A stretch of DNA of 64,000 nt from Adineta vaga (taxonomy: Eukaryota; Animalia; Rotifera). The translations under genes and the position numbers were made by a program. Under the pieces are notes generated by a model. That model did not search any database. It saw only the letters and a program-made list of their open reading frames with translations, and was not told the origin of the DNA. The stretch spans positions 17,050,001 through 17,114,000 of the forward strand of contig CP075492.1 in NCBI GenBank assembly GCA_021613535.1, read 5' to 3'. Every line of letters starts with the position of its first letter. The first letter of the stretch is position 1. Below, in pieces: positions 63,664-64,000 of this stretch.

Positions 63664-64000
63664 TTATGAATCAAAAATAGGATTATCAATAACCATCATG
63701 GAAATACGCGATGGTTCATTAGAATGATAATAAATTGTTTGATTAGCTATTAACGGAGATTGAGTATCAAGTCCAATTGAATATCCTGTATTTGAATTAA
63801 TATTTATCCATGGATAAAAACTACTTGTTATAGATAAACGAATTCGATGATCATAAAGAAACGTATGACCTATTTCATGTAATTCAATATTTATTAAATA
63901 AGTTTCATTAGATATCATTAATATTTCTTTATCATATCCATTTCTATAACGTGTTCGTAGTTGATTAGCATTTCTTGAACCAAGTTTTATTGACTTTCCA
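63664..64000 (-). CDS. C-terminus of a CocE/NonD (PepX C-terminal domain) hydrolase, runs off the window
   Basis: LRTRYRNG..IELHEIGHTF..DHRIRLSITSSFYP..NSNTG..ANQTIY. Confidence 0.75.
   Translation of the reverse strand, partial: GKSIKLGSRNANQLRTRYRNGYDKEILMISNETYLINIELHEIGHTFLYDHRIRLSITSSFYPWININSNTGYSIGLDTQSPLIANQTIYYHSNEPSRISMMVIDNPIFDS

Overview
AT-rich eukaryotic DNA with short GT-AG introns. The gene families (NHL repeat proteins, ADP-ribosyltransferase-TPR, orphan GPCRs, F-box/LRR-like proteins, several bacterial- or fungal-like genes) suggest a bdelloid rotifer; this is an inference. The main signal is non-coding. At least 21 copies of a ~45-75 bp imperfect inverted repeat, plus about 10 half-sites, punctuate the window every ~0.1-8 kb. 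The consensus is (CCATC)TTGAGGGTGTGGGTG - ~10-25 nt non-conserved spacer - CACCCACACCCTCAA(GATGG). The arms are built from TGAGGG/TGTGGG hexamers, which I recall as bdelloid telomeric repeats. They always run G-arm then C-arm, so each intervening 1-3-gene segment is bracketed like a small telomere-capped or TIR-bounded unit. Several genes (serpin, FG-GAP protein, a GPCR, a GTPase-like gene) are cut exactly at a site, one GPCR takes its stop codon from a site, and base composition changes across some sites. The window therefore looks like a concatenated gene-cassette array (integron-like, telomere-fusion-like or Pack-transposon-like) carrying defence, stress, HGT-like and decaying cargo. No recombinase, intact transposase or reverse transcriptase is visible in the window. 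Other notable items are two genes with three tandem 2-TM Cys-rich units, a CCCH-zinc-finger/KEN-like RNase, a spliced M23 peptidase, hAT-derived elements and several foldback repeats.
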